Below, in pieces: positions 1 to 8,947 of a DNA stretch of 64,000 bases. The translations under genes were made by a program, and so were the position numbers. The stretch is from the NCBI GenBank assembly GCA_965204375.1, contig OZ241986.1, positions 2,016,001-2,080,000 on the forward strand, given 5' to 3'. The stretch's first letter is position 1. The number at the start of each line of letters is the position of its first letter. Under the pieces are notes generated by a model. It had not been told where the DNA came from. It saw nothing but the letters and a program-made list of their open reading frames with translations, and did no database searches. The DNA comes from Candidatus Latescibacterota bacterium. Its GTDB lineage: Bacteria > Latescibacterota > UBA2968.

Positions 1-121
1 TTGAAATAAACCCGAGCAAAAACGTATAGGACGACGTAATAGTGGCCATCACCATGACCATCAACAAGCGCCCCCAATACGGCTTGATATACAAAATGAT
101 AAATCGCTTTAAGTTTTCCAT
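1..121 (-). CDS. ABC exporter subunit, N-terminus only (runs off window start)
   Basis: Reverse strand reads MENLKRFIILYIKPYWGRLLMVMVMATITSSYTFLLGFIS from ATG at 121, 4 nt after the upstream ABC gene stop; typical elbow helix plus TM1. Confidence 0.7.
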   Translation of the reverse strand, partial: MENLKRFIILYIKPYWGRLLMVMVMATITSSYTFLLGFIS

Positions 122-125
122 AATC

Positions 126-1901
126 TCAGCTCGCCATAGCCTCTACAGCCTCTTCAATAGAACCCGCAGCCTGCTGTTCGTAAAGCTGGCGATACCTGCC
201 ATCGGGTATTTGCAACAATTCGCTGTGCGTCCCCTGTTCAATAATCTCGCCGTGGTCCATCACAACAATAATATCCGCATTGACAATCGTCGATAATCGA
301 TGTGCAATGGCAAAGGACGTGCGCTCCTTTAACACCCTGGTCATCGCCTTTTGTATCAGAGCCTCCGATAGAGAATCGAGTGACGAAGTCGCTTCATCCA
401 GAATTAAAACCGCCGGATTAGTCAACACGGCTCTCGCGATGGCGAGACGCTGTTTCTCTCCTACAGACAGCTTGATGCCATCTTTTCCCAACATCGAATC
501 ATATCCCTCGGGCGTACGCATAATAAATTCGTGAATCTCGGCAATGCGTGCCGCCTCGATCAACTCTGCCTCTGTGGCATCTGCCCGCCCATATAGCAAA
601 TTCTCCCGAATCGTCCCATCAAACATCACCGAATCTTGCAACACCTGTCCAATTTGCGTGCGCAAGGTCCGCAACTTCACATCTCTCAAATCGTGGCCAT
701 CAATAGTAATACGCCCTTCCTTCACATCGTAAAAGCGCATCAACAAACTCGTCAACGTCGTCTTACCACATCCCGTATGTCCCACCAGTGCAACCATCTG
801 TCCCGGCTGCACCTCGAGGTTGATCCCCTTCAAAACAGGCTCATCCTCTTTGTACTCAAAATGCACATCTTCAAATTTAATATGTCCTTTTATCGCCGGC
901 AATTCGACAGCATCTTCCTTGTCCGCAATCTCTATGGGAAAATCTAAAATTTCCAAAACGCGATCCACAGACACCATCACGGCTTGCAGACGCATGGCTA
1001 TTTGCGTGAGATTGAGAATGGGCTGAAACATCCGGCTCGAATAAGAAAAAAAGGCCATCACAGCCCCATAAGTCATTTCACCCTCAATCACGTAATAACA
1101 GCCCAAACAAAAAATCACCGTATTGCGCAATCCCGATACCCCCCAGGACCCCGCCATATAGCCAGCGCGATTTGTGGCAGTCTGCATCGCCGCATCCAAA
1201 CTCTGGTGCGTATCCTCTGCAAATGCGCGGTGTTCTCTGCGTTCCCGTCCATAAGATTTTACCAGTTGCACCCCGGCCAACCGCTCTTGCAGCCCAACCG
1301 ACACCTGGTCCATCTTCCTGCGCCAGAGACTGAACGACTCCCGCATTGGCGTGCGCCACCCATAATAATTGAAAAAATACAGGGGCATCAGCAAAAGCAG
1401 CAAACACCCCATCTTCCAATTCAACCCCATGCACAGCGCAAGCGCCACCCAAAACGATACAAAATCAACGAGAATGCCCAGCATACGCGACGTCACCATA
1501 CTGCGCACACTCGCAATATCAGACATAATGCGCGACATAATCTTACCCGTACCCATCTCGTCGTAAAAGCGCATGGGCAATTTCAACATATATTCATAAG
1601 TGTGCTTCCGCATAAACGTCGTTATCCCCCACCCCACATACGCATTGGTGAATGAGACCCAAACGCGCATCGCAGCGGACGTGATAGGCAGGCAAATCGA
1701 AATAAACAAAAGCACTTCCAGCAAGTGCCAATTGCCCATGGTAATGACATCATCGATGATAAACTTCATCACCAGCGGGGGCAGCATGCTCAGTGCCGTC
1801 ATCGTCGCTGTCAGACAAAACAGCAAGATCAGGCGCGATTTGTAAGGGATGACAAAATGCGCGAGCTTGCGCAACTTGTCGGTATTGCTCTCATCTGCCA
1901 T
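126..1901 (-). CDS. ABC exporter, fused permease/ATP-binding (MsbA/TM288-like)
   Basis: Hydrophobic N-terminal half; Walker A GHTGCGKT, signature LSVGEKQR, Walker B LILDE, H-loop AHRLST. Confidence 0.95.
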   Translation of the reverse strand: MADESNTDKLRKLAHFVIPYKSRLILLFCLTATMTALSMLPPLVMKFIIDDVITMGNWHLLEVLLFISICLPITSAAMRVWVSFTNAYVGWGITTFMRKHTYEYMLKLPMRFYDEMGTGKIMSRIMSDIASVRSMVTSRMLGILVDFVSFWVALALCMGLNWKMGCLLLLLMPLYFFNYYGWRTPMRESFSLWRRKMDQVSVGLQERLAGVQLVKSYGRERREHRAFAEDTHQSLDAAMQTATNRAGYMAGSWGVSGLRNTVIFCLGCYYVIEGEMTYGAVMAFFSYSSRMFQPILNLTQIAMRLQAVMVSVDRVLEILDFPIEIADKEDAVELPAIKGHIKFEDVHFEYKEDEPVLKGINLEVQPGQMVALVGHTGCGKTTLTSLLMRFYDVKEGRITIDGHDLRDVKLRTLRTQIGQVLQDSVMFDGTIRENLLYGRADATEAELIEAARIAEIHEFIMRTPEGYDSMLGKDGIKLSVGEKQRLAIARAVLTNPAVLILDEATSSLDSLSEALIQKAMTRVLKERTSFAIAHRLSTIVNADIIVVMDHGEIIEQGTHSELLQIPDGRYRQLYEQQAAGSIEEAVEAMAS

Positions 1902-2067
1902 ATCGATCTCATCTCAAAAATAAGTTGCAGATTTTTGGATCCCGACGCTTCTTTATTTCTGCATCATCAGGCAATCATAAATAATGTTTAAGAACAGATA
2001 TAGAAATATAAAGATACCTTTTAATTAAATCAAGCCCCTCTCATCCGATAGGCCTGCATCTTCAGCC

Positions 2068-3351
2068 ATGAAAAATCTCTCAACAATGACCATCGCGCAA
2101 ATTCGCGACCATATCAAATCTGTCAATCGCCCTGACGAAGCATACCTCCGCACACTCGAACAGGACCCCCGCGCTGGTGTTCGCGCAATCGCAGAACAGA
2201 TGAGAAAAAAGCAAAAAGCACAAGTCCGTGAAAACGCGCGCCTCGAACAAATGCTCATTATAGAAAAAAAACTCAAAGAACGGGGCATCCAGCACATCGC
2301 AGGCGTAGATGAAGCCGGGCGAGGCCCCCTCGCAGGTCCCGTTGTCGCCGCCGCGGTTATCCTCCCGCCAGATACACTCATTCCCGGTTTAAACGATTCC
2401 AAAGCACTATCCGAAAAACGCAGGGAAGAACTTTTTGAAACCATTCACAATATAGCCCTCGCCATTGGCGTGGGCAAAGCATCTCCGCAAGAAATAGACA
2501 AATACAACATCCGCAACGCCACCCACCATGCCATGTGCGAGGCACTCGCCGCCCTCAGCATCTCGCCCGACCGCGTACTCATCGATGGCAATGCCATCCC
2601 GGGCAGTCCATTCCCCGAACAAGCGGTCATAGGCGGTGATCGTAAGTCGCTTTCTATCGCCGCCGCGTCTGTCATTGCCAAAGTAACGCGCGATCGCCTG
2701 ATGATCGATTACCACGCGCAATACCCCGCTTATGGCTTTGCCGGTCACAAGGGATACGGTAGTGCCGATCACCTCGCCGCCTTGCAAAAACACGGTCCCT
2801 GTCCTATCCACCGCCAATCTTTTCAAGGCGTCCTTGAAGCTAGGCGCTCTGGAGACTTTAAAATTTTTGCCAAAGGCATTCGCGCAGCGATGAACCTCGA
2901 CCAACTTCAAGCCATAGGAAAAACCATTGCCAGTGCCAGCAAACATATCCCCCAGGATGACGTACACGCCCTGCGCATGCTATTTCGCAAACAACGCACC
3001 CGCCTGCTACAATCCGGTCCCAAAGGCGAACAATTGGCAGAAAAATTTCTAAAACAAAAAGGATATAGCATTCGCGTGCGCGGATTTCGCGCCCTGGGCG
3101 GTGAAATCGACATCATTGCAGTAAAAAACAACATCCTGATCTTTGTCGAAGTCAAAACCGCGACCACCTCGCATTTTGGGCAACCAGAAGTCTGGGTAAC
3201 GCCCGCCAAGCAAGCGCAAATTATCAAAGTTGCCCAAGCCTACCTGCACCAACACCCCGACCACGCGGCACCGAGATTTGACGTCATCGCCATTGACCTG
3301 ACACAATCGCGCCCTGTCATCCGCCACTACGAAAACGCTTTTACAGCTTAG
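2068..3351 (+). CDS. rnhB: Ribonuclease HII fused to a C-terminal YraN (UPF0102) domain
   Basis: AGVDEAGRGPLAGPV, LNDSK, SIAAASVIAKVTRD and HKGYG RNase HII motifs; C-terminal GEQLAEKFL..GEIDIIA..LIFVEVK..RFDVIAI is YraN-like. Confidence 0.93.
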   Translation: MKNLSTMTIAQIRDHIKSVNRPDEAYLRTLEQDPRAGVRAIAEQMRKKQKAQVRENARLEQMLIIEKKLKERGIQHIAGVDEAGRGPLAGPVVAAAVILPPDTLIPGLNDSKALSEKRREELFETIHNIALAIGVGKASPQEIDKYNIRNATHHAMCEALAALSISPDRVLIDGNAIPGSPFPEQAVIGGDRKSLSIAAASVIAKVTRDRLMIDYHAQYPAYGFAGHKGYGSADHLAALQKHGPCPIHRQSFQGVLEARRSGDFKIFAKGIRAAMNLDQLQAIGKTIASASKHIPQDDVHALRMLFRKQRTRLLQSGPKGEQLAEKFLKQKGYSIRVRGFRALGGEIDIIAVKNNILIFVEVKTATTSHFGQPEVWVTPAKQAQIIKVAQAYLHQHPDHAAPRFDVIAIDLTQSRPVIRHYENAFTA

Positions 3352-3379
3352 ATCAACCCCTAAATTTCCCTCTTAAACC

Positions 3380-3408
3380 TTGACAATACCCTCTCTTACC
3401 TTTATTTT
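3380..3408 (+). promoter_or_regulatory. Putative sigma70 promoter for hisS-aspS
   Basis: TTGACA (3380) - 17 bp - TATTTT (3403). Confidence 0.5.
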
Positions 3409-3450
3409 CGTTTTCTATTATAAAAAATAATTTGCAACGGATACACACCC

Positions 3451-4743
3451 ATGCCACAGTTAATTCCCAAAGTAAAAGGCACCCGCGATTTTTATCCCGA
3501 AGATTGGGCCTACCAGAAATGGCTCTGCGAGAAATTTATCGGCGTTGGCGACCTCTTCGGATACAGAGAATACGAAAGCACAATACTCGAATACATGGCC
3601 CTCTACCTGGGCAAAAGCAGCGAAGAAATCGTCACACAACAGACATTCACGCTATCTGATCGGGACGACAAACAACTCGTCATGCGCCCAGAACTCACGC
3701 CCACACTCGCGCGCATGGTCGCCCAAAAAGAAGGCGAACTCACCTTTCCTATCCGCTGGCAATCCTACGGCCGGTTCTTCCGCTACGAGCGCCCCCAACG
3801 CGGTCGCGGCCGTTCCTTTTTTCAATGGAATATCGACGCGCTCGGCAGCGATAGCTATCTGGCCGACGCCGAAATAATCACCATAGCTTGCACGCTATTC
3901 AAACACCTCGACCTCACGACCGAACACGCTACCATCAGAGTCAACGACCGACAGGCCCTCGAAATTTTAATCTCTAAAAAACTGGATTTGTCGCCCGAGA
4001 ACATCAGACCCGTTTTGGGAGCCATTGACCGCATAGACAAAATGCCCGAGGAAAAATTCCGCACCTATCTCGCCGATGATCTGGATCTCAGTACAGATCA
4101 AATCGATACCCTCTACGAAATCCTTCAAACGGCAGATCTGACATTTTCCCCCTGGCTCCAGCGCATATTTGAGCAACTCGACAAAAATGATGTCATGGAC
4201 TTTGTAAAACTCGATCTCAAAATCGTGCGCGGTTTTGACTACTATACGCGCACGGTATTTGAAGCATGGGCCAAAACCTCATTGCGCCGTGCCCTCTTTG
4301 GAGGAGGTCGTTACGACAATCTCACGCGCCAGGTGGGCGGCAAACGCCAGGTACCGGGCGTGGGATTTGCAGTCGGCGATATGGCCATCACCGAATTGCT
4401 GAAAGAAATAGACATTTATCCCCAACTCGAAACGCCCGGCGCCCGCGTCTTTGTTACGGTATTCTCAGAAGACCTGCTCACCCAATCGTCTTCTTTTGCC
4501 GAAAAACTGCGCCAGGAGGGTATCGCAACAGAACTTCACCTTATTCCGGGACAGCGTCTCGACAGACAATTCAAATATGCAGATCGTCAAAATATTCCCT
4601 TTGCAGCGGTTATTGGGCCAGATGAAGCATCTGCAAATACCATCGTACTCAAAGACCTCAAAGCGCGCGCACAACAAATTTTTTCACAAAACGACCTGTG
4701 CGCGATAAAAACAACGCTTAAAAACGGAATTACCAAAGCGTAG
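3451..4743 (+). CDS. hisS: Histidine--tRNA ligase
   Basis: KGTRDF, MRPELTPTLAR, FRYERPQRGR, VRGFDYYT and GGGRYDNL motifs; C-terminal anticodon-binding domain. Confidence 0.97.
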   Translation: MPQLIPKVKGTRDFYPEDWAYQKWLCEKFIGVGDLFGYREYESTILEYMALYLGKSSEEIVTQQTFTLSDRDDKQLVMRPELTPTLARMVAQKEGELTFPIRWQSYGRFFRYERPQRGRGRSFFQWNIDALGSDSYLADAEIITIACTLFKHLDLTTEHATIRVNDRQALEILISKKLDLSPENIRPVLGAIDRIDKMPEEKFRTYLADDLDLSTDQIDTLYEILQTADLTFSPWLQRIFEQLDKNDVMDFVKLDLKIVRGFDYYTRTVFEAWAKTSLRRALFGGGRYDNLTRQVGGKRQVPGVGFAVGDMAITELLKEIDIYPQLETPGARVFVTVFSEDLLTQSSSFAEKLRQEGIATELHLIPGQRLDRQFKYADRQNIPFAAVIGPDEASANTIVLKDLKARAQQIFSQNDLCAIKTTLKNGITKA

Positions 4744-4752
4744 GAGATAGAC

Positions 4753-6528
4753 ATGTCAGAGTCGCTCGGCGACTGGAAACGCACGCACAACTGCGGCGAA
4801 TTGCGCATCGAAAATGTAGGCGAAGAAGTCTGCCTGATGGGGTGGGTTGGCAAAAGACGCGACCACGGAGGCGTCATATTTGTCGATTTGCGCGACCGAT
4901 ACGGCATCACCCAGGTGGTCTTTCGTCCCGATCTCGAAGAAGAGACACACGCCATTGCCGAAAAAATTCGCAACGAATTTGTCCTCGCAATAAAAGGCAG
5001 AGTTGAGCCGCGCCCAGAAGGCATGACAAATCCCAAATTACCCACCGGTGCCATCGACATCGAATGTTCAGATCTGCGTCTTCTCAACGAAGCGGACACC
5101 CCGCCATTTGCCATAGAACCCGACATCGACGTCAACGAAGAACTGCGCTTGCGCTATCGCTACCTCGATCTGCGCCGCCCCGACATGCAACAAGCCCTGT
5201 TCTTGAGACATAATGCCGCACAGGAAACGCGCAAATATTTAATCACTCAGGGCTTTCTCGAAATCGAAACCCCCTTCCTCATGAAAAGCACACCCGAAGG
5301 TGCAAGAGATTATCTCGTTCCCTCTCGCGTTCAAATAGGCAACTTCTATGCCCTGCCCCAATCGCCTCAAACCTACAAGCAGTTGCTCATGATCGCCGGC
5401 TATGATCGCTACTTTCAAATCGTGCGCTGCTTCCGCGATGAAGACTTGCGGGGCGACCGCCAGCCCGAGTTTACCCAAATTGACATAGAAATGGCATTTG
5501 CCACAGAAACCGATGTCATGCAACTCGCAGAAGGGCTTACGCGGCACCTGTTTGAACATGTCATAGGCTTTGATATCCCCTCTCCCATACCACAGATGAC
5601 CTATCGCGAGGCGATTGACCGCTTTGGAACTGATCGTCCGGATACGCGCTTCGGCCTCGAAATCGTCGATATTGCAAAAGCAGCTCTCGCTTCGGAATTT
5701 CGGGTCTTTAGATCCGTAATTGATTCCGGTGGGCAAGTCCGCGCCATTAATGCCAAAGGATGTGCAAACTACTCGCGCAAACAAATCGACGACCTCACGG
5801 CTTTTGTTGCACAACAAGGTGCTAAGGGACTCGCCTGGATTAAAGTGACAGACCAGGGGCTTGAATCATCAATTGTCAAGTTCTTTCCCGATCAGGCCCA
5901 ACAAATGCTCAGAGAATTACTCGACGCACAGACGGGAGACCTGCTTTTATTTGTCGCTGATCAACCCGCAGTTGTCGCAAACGCACTGGGCAACCTGCGC
6001 TTAGAACTCGCACGGCAACAAGACCTTATGGAGACCGGCGATTTTAGTTTTTTATGGGTGACGCAGTTCCCCCTTCTCGAATTTGATGACGTTGAAAAAC
6101 GCTACATCGCCTGTCACCATCCGTTTACATCCCCCATGGAAGCGGACCTCAATGAGCTGGAAACAGCCCCGGGTGATGTTCGCGCCAGAGCTTATGATCT
6201 CGTTCTCAATGGCAACGAAATCGCTGGCGGAAGTATTCGTATCCACCACAGAGAAATCCAGGAGCGCGTATTTCGCATGTTGGGGATATCCGAAAGCGAG
6301 TCGCGGGAAAAATTCGGCTTCCTACTCGACGCCTTTCGATACGGTGCGCCTCCCCATGGCGGCATCGCGTTTGGATACGACCGCCTGGTCGCCCTCATGG
6401 CGGGCAAAGCATTTATCCGCGATGTCATTCCATTTCCGAAAACCAATACAGCGGCATCGCTCATGGATGGGGCACCATCTATAGTAGATTCCGGCCAACT
6501 CCGCGAACTCGGTTTGCGATTATTGTAA
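4753..6528 (+). CDS. aspS: Aspartate--tRNA ligase
   Basis: RTHNCGEL, RDHGGVIFVDLRD, STPEGARDY, LPQSPQ, CFRDEDLR and GAPPHGGIAFG motifs. Confidence 0.98.
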   Translation: MSESLGDWKRTHNCGELRIENVGEEVCLMGWVGKRRDHGGVIFVDLRDRYGITQVVFRPDLEEETHAIAEKIRNEFVLAIKGRVEPRPEGMTNPKLPTGAIDIECSDLRLLNEADTPPFAIEPDIDVNEELRLRYRYLDLRRPDMQQALFLRHNAAQETRKYLITQGFLEIETPFLMKSTPEGARDYLVPSRVQIGNFYALPQSPQTYKQLLMIAGYDRYFQIVRCFRDEDLRGDRQPEFTQIDIEMAFATETDVMQLAEGLTRHLFEHVIGFDIPSPIPQMTYREAIDRFGTDRPDTRFGLEIVDIAKAALASEFRVFRSVIDSGGQVRAINAKGCANYSRKQIDDLTAFVAQQGAKGLAWIKVTDQGLESSIVKFFPDQAQQMLRELLDAQTGDLLLFVADQPAVVANALGNLRLELARQQDLMETGDFSFLWVTQFPLLEFDDVEKRYIACHHPFTSPMEADLNELETAPGDVRARAYDLVLNGNEIAGGSIRIHHREIQERVFRMLGISESESREKFGFLLDAFRYGAPPHGGIAFGYDRLVALMAGKAFIRDVIPFPKTNTAASLMDGAPSIVDSGQLRELGLRLL

Positions 6529-6562
6529 TCACAGCGGGCTAAAACGCATTCAAAACTTTTTC

Positions 6563-6591
6563 TTGACTTTCTGTATTTTATGTAGTACTTT
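6563..6591 (+). promoter_or_regulatory. Putative sigma70 promoter for the lipoprotein-LysM operon
   Basis: TTGACT - 17 bp - TACTTT in an AT-rich intergenic region. Confidence 0.4.
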
Positions 6592-6685
6592 TTCTAAAAG
6601 TTGTATTATCAGGATTTTTGGTTTTGCTTTAAACTCTTGATAATTTAAATACTTATGCCAATATTTCTGAGGAGGCAGTCGGGTT

Positions 6686-6931
6686 ATGAAAAGACTCAAA
6701 AAAGCGGCAGGTTGTGGGCTGTTACTCGTTCTGTTATCTGGATGTTGCGCGCCAATGGCCTCAAGATCGCAACTCCAAATGCTTGAAGAAGCGCGTAAAG
6801 CCGCAGAATCGGCTGAAGCCGACCTCGCAGCTTGTAAGCAACACAGGGCTGAGTTAGAACGCCAATTGGCACAGAAAAAACAGGTTCTGGCCGAGTGGCA
6901 AAATATCTTAAGTCAGTGCAACAGGTCTTGA
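6686..6931 (+). CDS. Small coiled-coil lipoprotein
   Basis: Basic N-terminus, hydrophobic stretch, lipobox LSGC, then a heptad coiled coil; RBS GAGGAGG. Confidence 0.75.
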   Translation: MKRLKKAAGCGLLLVLLSGCCAPMASRSQLQMLEEARKAAESAEADLAACKQHRAELERQLAQKKQVLAEWQNILSQCNRS

Positions 6932-6973
6932 GCCAGTAATTTTCTTTATGGTGTGTGGAAAGGAGTTGGTCGG

Positions 6974-7822
6974 ATGACAGATTTGAAGCGTTTTGGGTTC
7001 TTTCTCGTTTGTTGTGCAGTCGCCCTTTTGGTTTTTCCTCAAAAGGGAATTGCCCAGATGGAAATGACCATGACCTATGATGAATACAGAATGAAACTTA
7101 CAGAACAGGAGCAACGGCTTGCAGGACTTAAACAGACTCTGCTTGAATGCCAAACTGCATCTAATGACCTTTCTAACCAGATTTCGAGCCTGGATACCCA
7201 GATCAGTGAAATCAAACAGCAAGTCTATAGTCTTGTTGAGTCCAATGAAGCAGGGGTCAACGAATATATGCAAGAACTCGGCCGCATTGAAGGCCGCCTC
7301 ATGGGCTTGCGCAGCCTGGCGGAAGATGCCCTGTTTGAAGTTCGAGATGAAATTGATCAAATAGAAGCCCGCGTATCAGAGCTTAAAGCAGACAAAATAG
7401 CCTGTTTTCCAGCTGCACAGGCAAAACTGGCCAGTATTGATCAATTACTCGAGCAAGTCAAAGCGCGAATGCCTCGCAAGCGCATTCGGCAATATTCGGT
7501 TGTCAGAGGTGATAATCTCTGGAGAATCGCCAAAAAAGACGATATTTACGGCGATCCTTATCTCTGGCCCCGTATCTACGTTGAAAACCGGGAAAAAATT
7601 AAACATCCCGATCTAATTTATCCCAAATGGGTTCTCAACATTCCTTTTGGCGTCGATATCAATCAACATCTCGTGATGAGTGGCGAAAACCTCTCGTCTA
7701 TTGCTGGCAAGGTGTACAATGACGTCACCAAATGGAATCGGATCTACCAGGCCAACAAAACACAGATCTTTGATCCGAGTATGATTTTCCCAGCTCAAGT
7801 ATTCGATATTCCAGCAAACTGA
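6974..7822 (+). CDS. Secreted coiled-coil protein with two C-terminal LysM domains
   Basis: Signal peptide; YSVVRGDNLWRIA and HLVMSGENLSSIA LysM motifs; RBS AGGAG before ATG 6974. Confidence 0.9.
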   Translation: MTDLKRFGFFLVCCAVALLVFPQKGIAQMEMTMTYDEYRMKLTEQEQRLAGLKQTLLECQTASNDLSNQISSLDTQISEIKQQVYSLVESNEAGVNEYMQELGRIEGRLMGLRSLAEDALFEVRDEIDQIEARVSELKADKIACFPAAQAKLASIDQLLEQVKARMPRKRIRQYSVVRGDNLWRIAKKDDIYGDPYLWPRIYVENREKIKHPDLIYPKWVLNIPFGVDINQHLVMSGENLSSIAGKVYNDVTKWNRIYQANKTQIFDPSMIFPAQVFDIPAN

Positions 7823-7904
7823 CCTCAACCTTTTCGATCCCAGAATTTGGATCTTTCATAAAGCCAATGGAAGGTTCATCTATCAACCTCTAACTCAAAA
7901 ATAG

Positions 7905-7950
7905 AACTCTCATTCCCGTAGTCTGTTTGGGAATGAGAGTTTTCTTTTTT
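7905..7950 (+). terminator. Rho-independent terminator
   Basis: 13-bp stem AACTCTCATTCCC/GGGAATGAGAGTT followed by a T tract. Confidence 0.75.
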
Positions 7951-7963
7951 AAATACTCAAATC

Positions 7964-8947
7964 GTGGAAAATAGAGAACTCTCCCATAGACTATCTTTGC
8001 GCGGTGTTGATCTCCTATCGTTATACGGTCACAACGATGCAAATTTGCTCGCCCTTGAAGACCGCTATGGCGTGCGTTTAACCGCCCGCGGGGATCAGCT
8101 AAATGTTCAGGGACCACAACACAAAGTTCAACACGTCTCTGGTCTATTAGAAGAAATGATTTCCTGCCTTCGGCGCGGCGATCAGTTTGACCCTCTACAC
8201 CTGCTTGCGCCACCGCCAGAAAATTGCGAATCTGAAATTGGCGAATACGCAAAGCCCATTCTTTCAACACCCAAAATTCTCATTCGCCCCCGCTCACGGA
8301 CTCAGGTCACTTACTCGGCAGCGATAGAAAACTACGATATTGTTTTCGGCATTGGGCCTGCGGGCACGGGCAAAACTTATCTGGCTGTTGCTGCAGCTGT
8401 TGCTGCACTGAAAAGCAAACACATCTCCAGAATTATCCTGACGCGCCCGGCCGTAGAAGCTGGAGAAACCCTGGGATTTCTTCCGGGAGATATACAGGAT
8501 AAAGTCGATCCCTATCTCCGCCCTCTCTACGACGCGCTGCGCGACATGCTACCCGATACACAATTGCAACACCTCATGGAGATGCGCACACTTGAAATTG
8601 CACCGCTTGCATTTATGAGAGGACGCACTTTAAATAACGCATTTGTCATCCTAGACGAGGCCCAAAATACCACCATCAACCAGATGAAAATGTTTCTTAC
8701 CCGCCTGGGCAACAATGCCAAGGCTGTGATTACAGGTGATATAACACAAATAGACTTGCCGCCGGATATTAAGTCTGGACTTATACACGTCCAGCACATC
8801 CTGTCTCATATAGAAGCCATTAAATTCGTCAACTTTTCAGAAAAAGATGTTGTACGACACCCACTGGTTCAAAAAATTATAACAGCTTATGAGCAAAGCG
8901 AACATGCCCATGAACCAGAGGGAGAAGAGGCACAGCCAAGGCCATGA
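7964..8947 (+). CDS. phoH: PhoH-family ATPase (YbeZ)
   Basis: GPAGTGKTYLA, RPAVEAGETLGFLPGD, FMRGRTL and DEAQN motifs. Confidence 0.95.
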   Translation: MENRELSHRLSLRGVDLLSLYGHNDANLLALEDRYGVRLTARGDQLNVQGPQHKVQHVSGLLEEMISCLRRGDQFDPLHLLAPPPENCESEIGEYAKPILSTPKILIRPRSRTQVTYSAAIENYDIVFGIGPAGTGKTYLAVAAAVAALKSKHISRIILTRPAVEAGETLGFLPGDIQDKVDPYLRPLYDALRDMLPDTQLQHLMEMRTLEIAPLAFMRGRTLNNAFVILDEAQNTTINQMKMFLTRLGNNAKAVITGDITQIDLPPDIKSGLIHVQHILSHIEAIKFVNFSEKDVVRHPLVQKIITAYEQSEHAHEPEGEEAQPRP

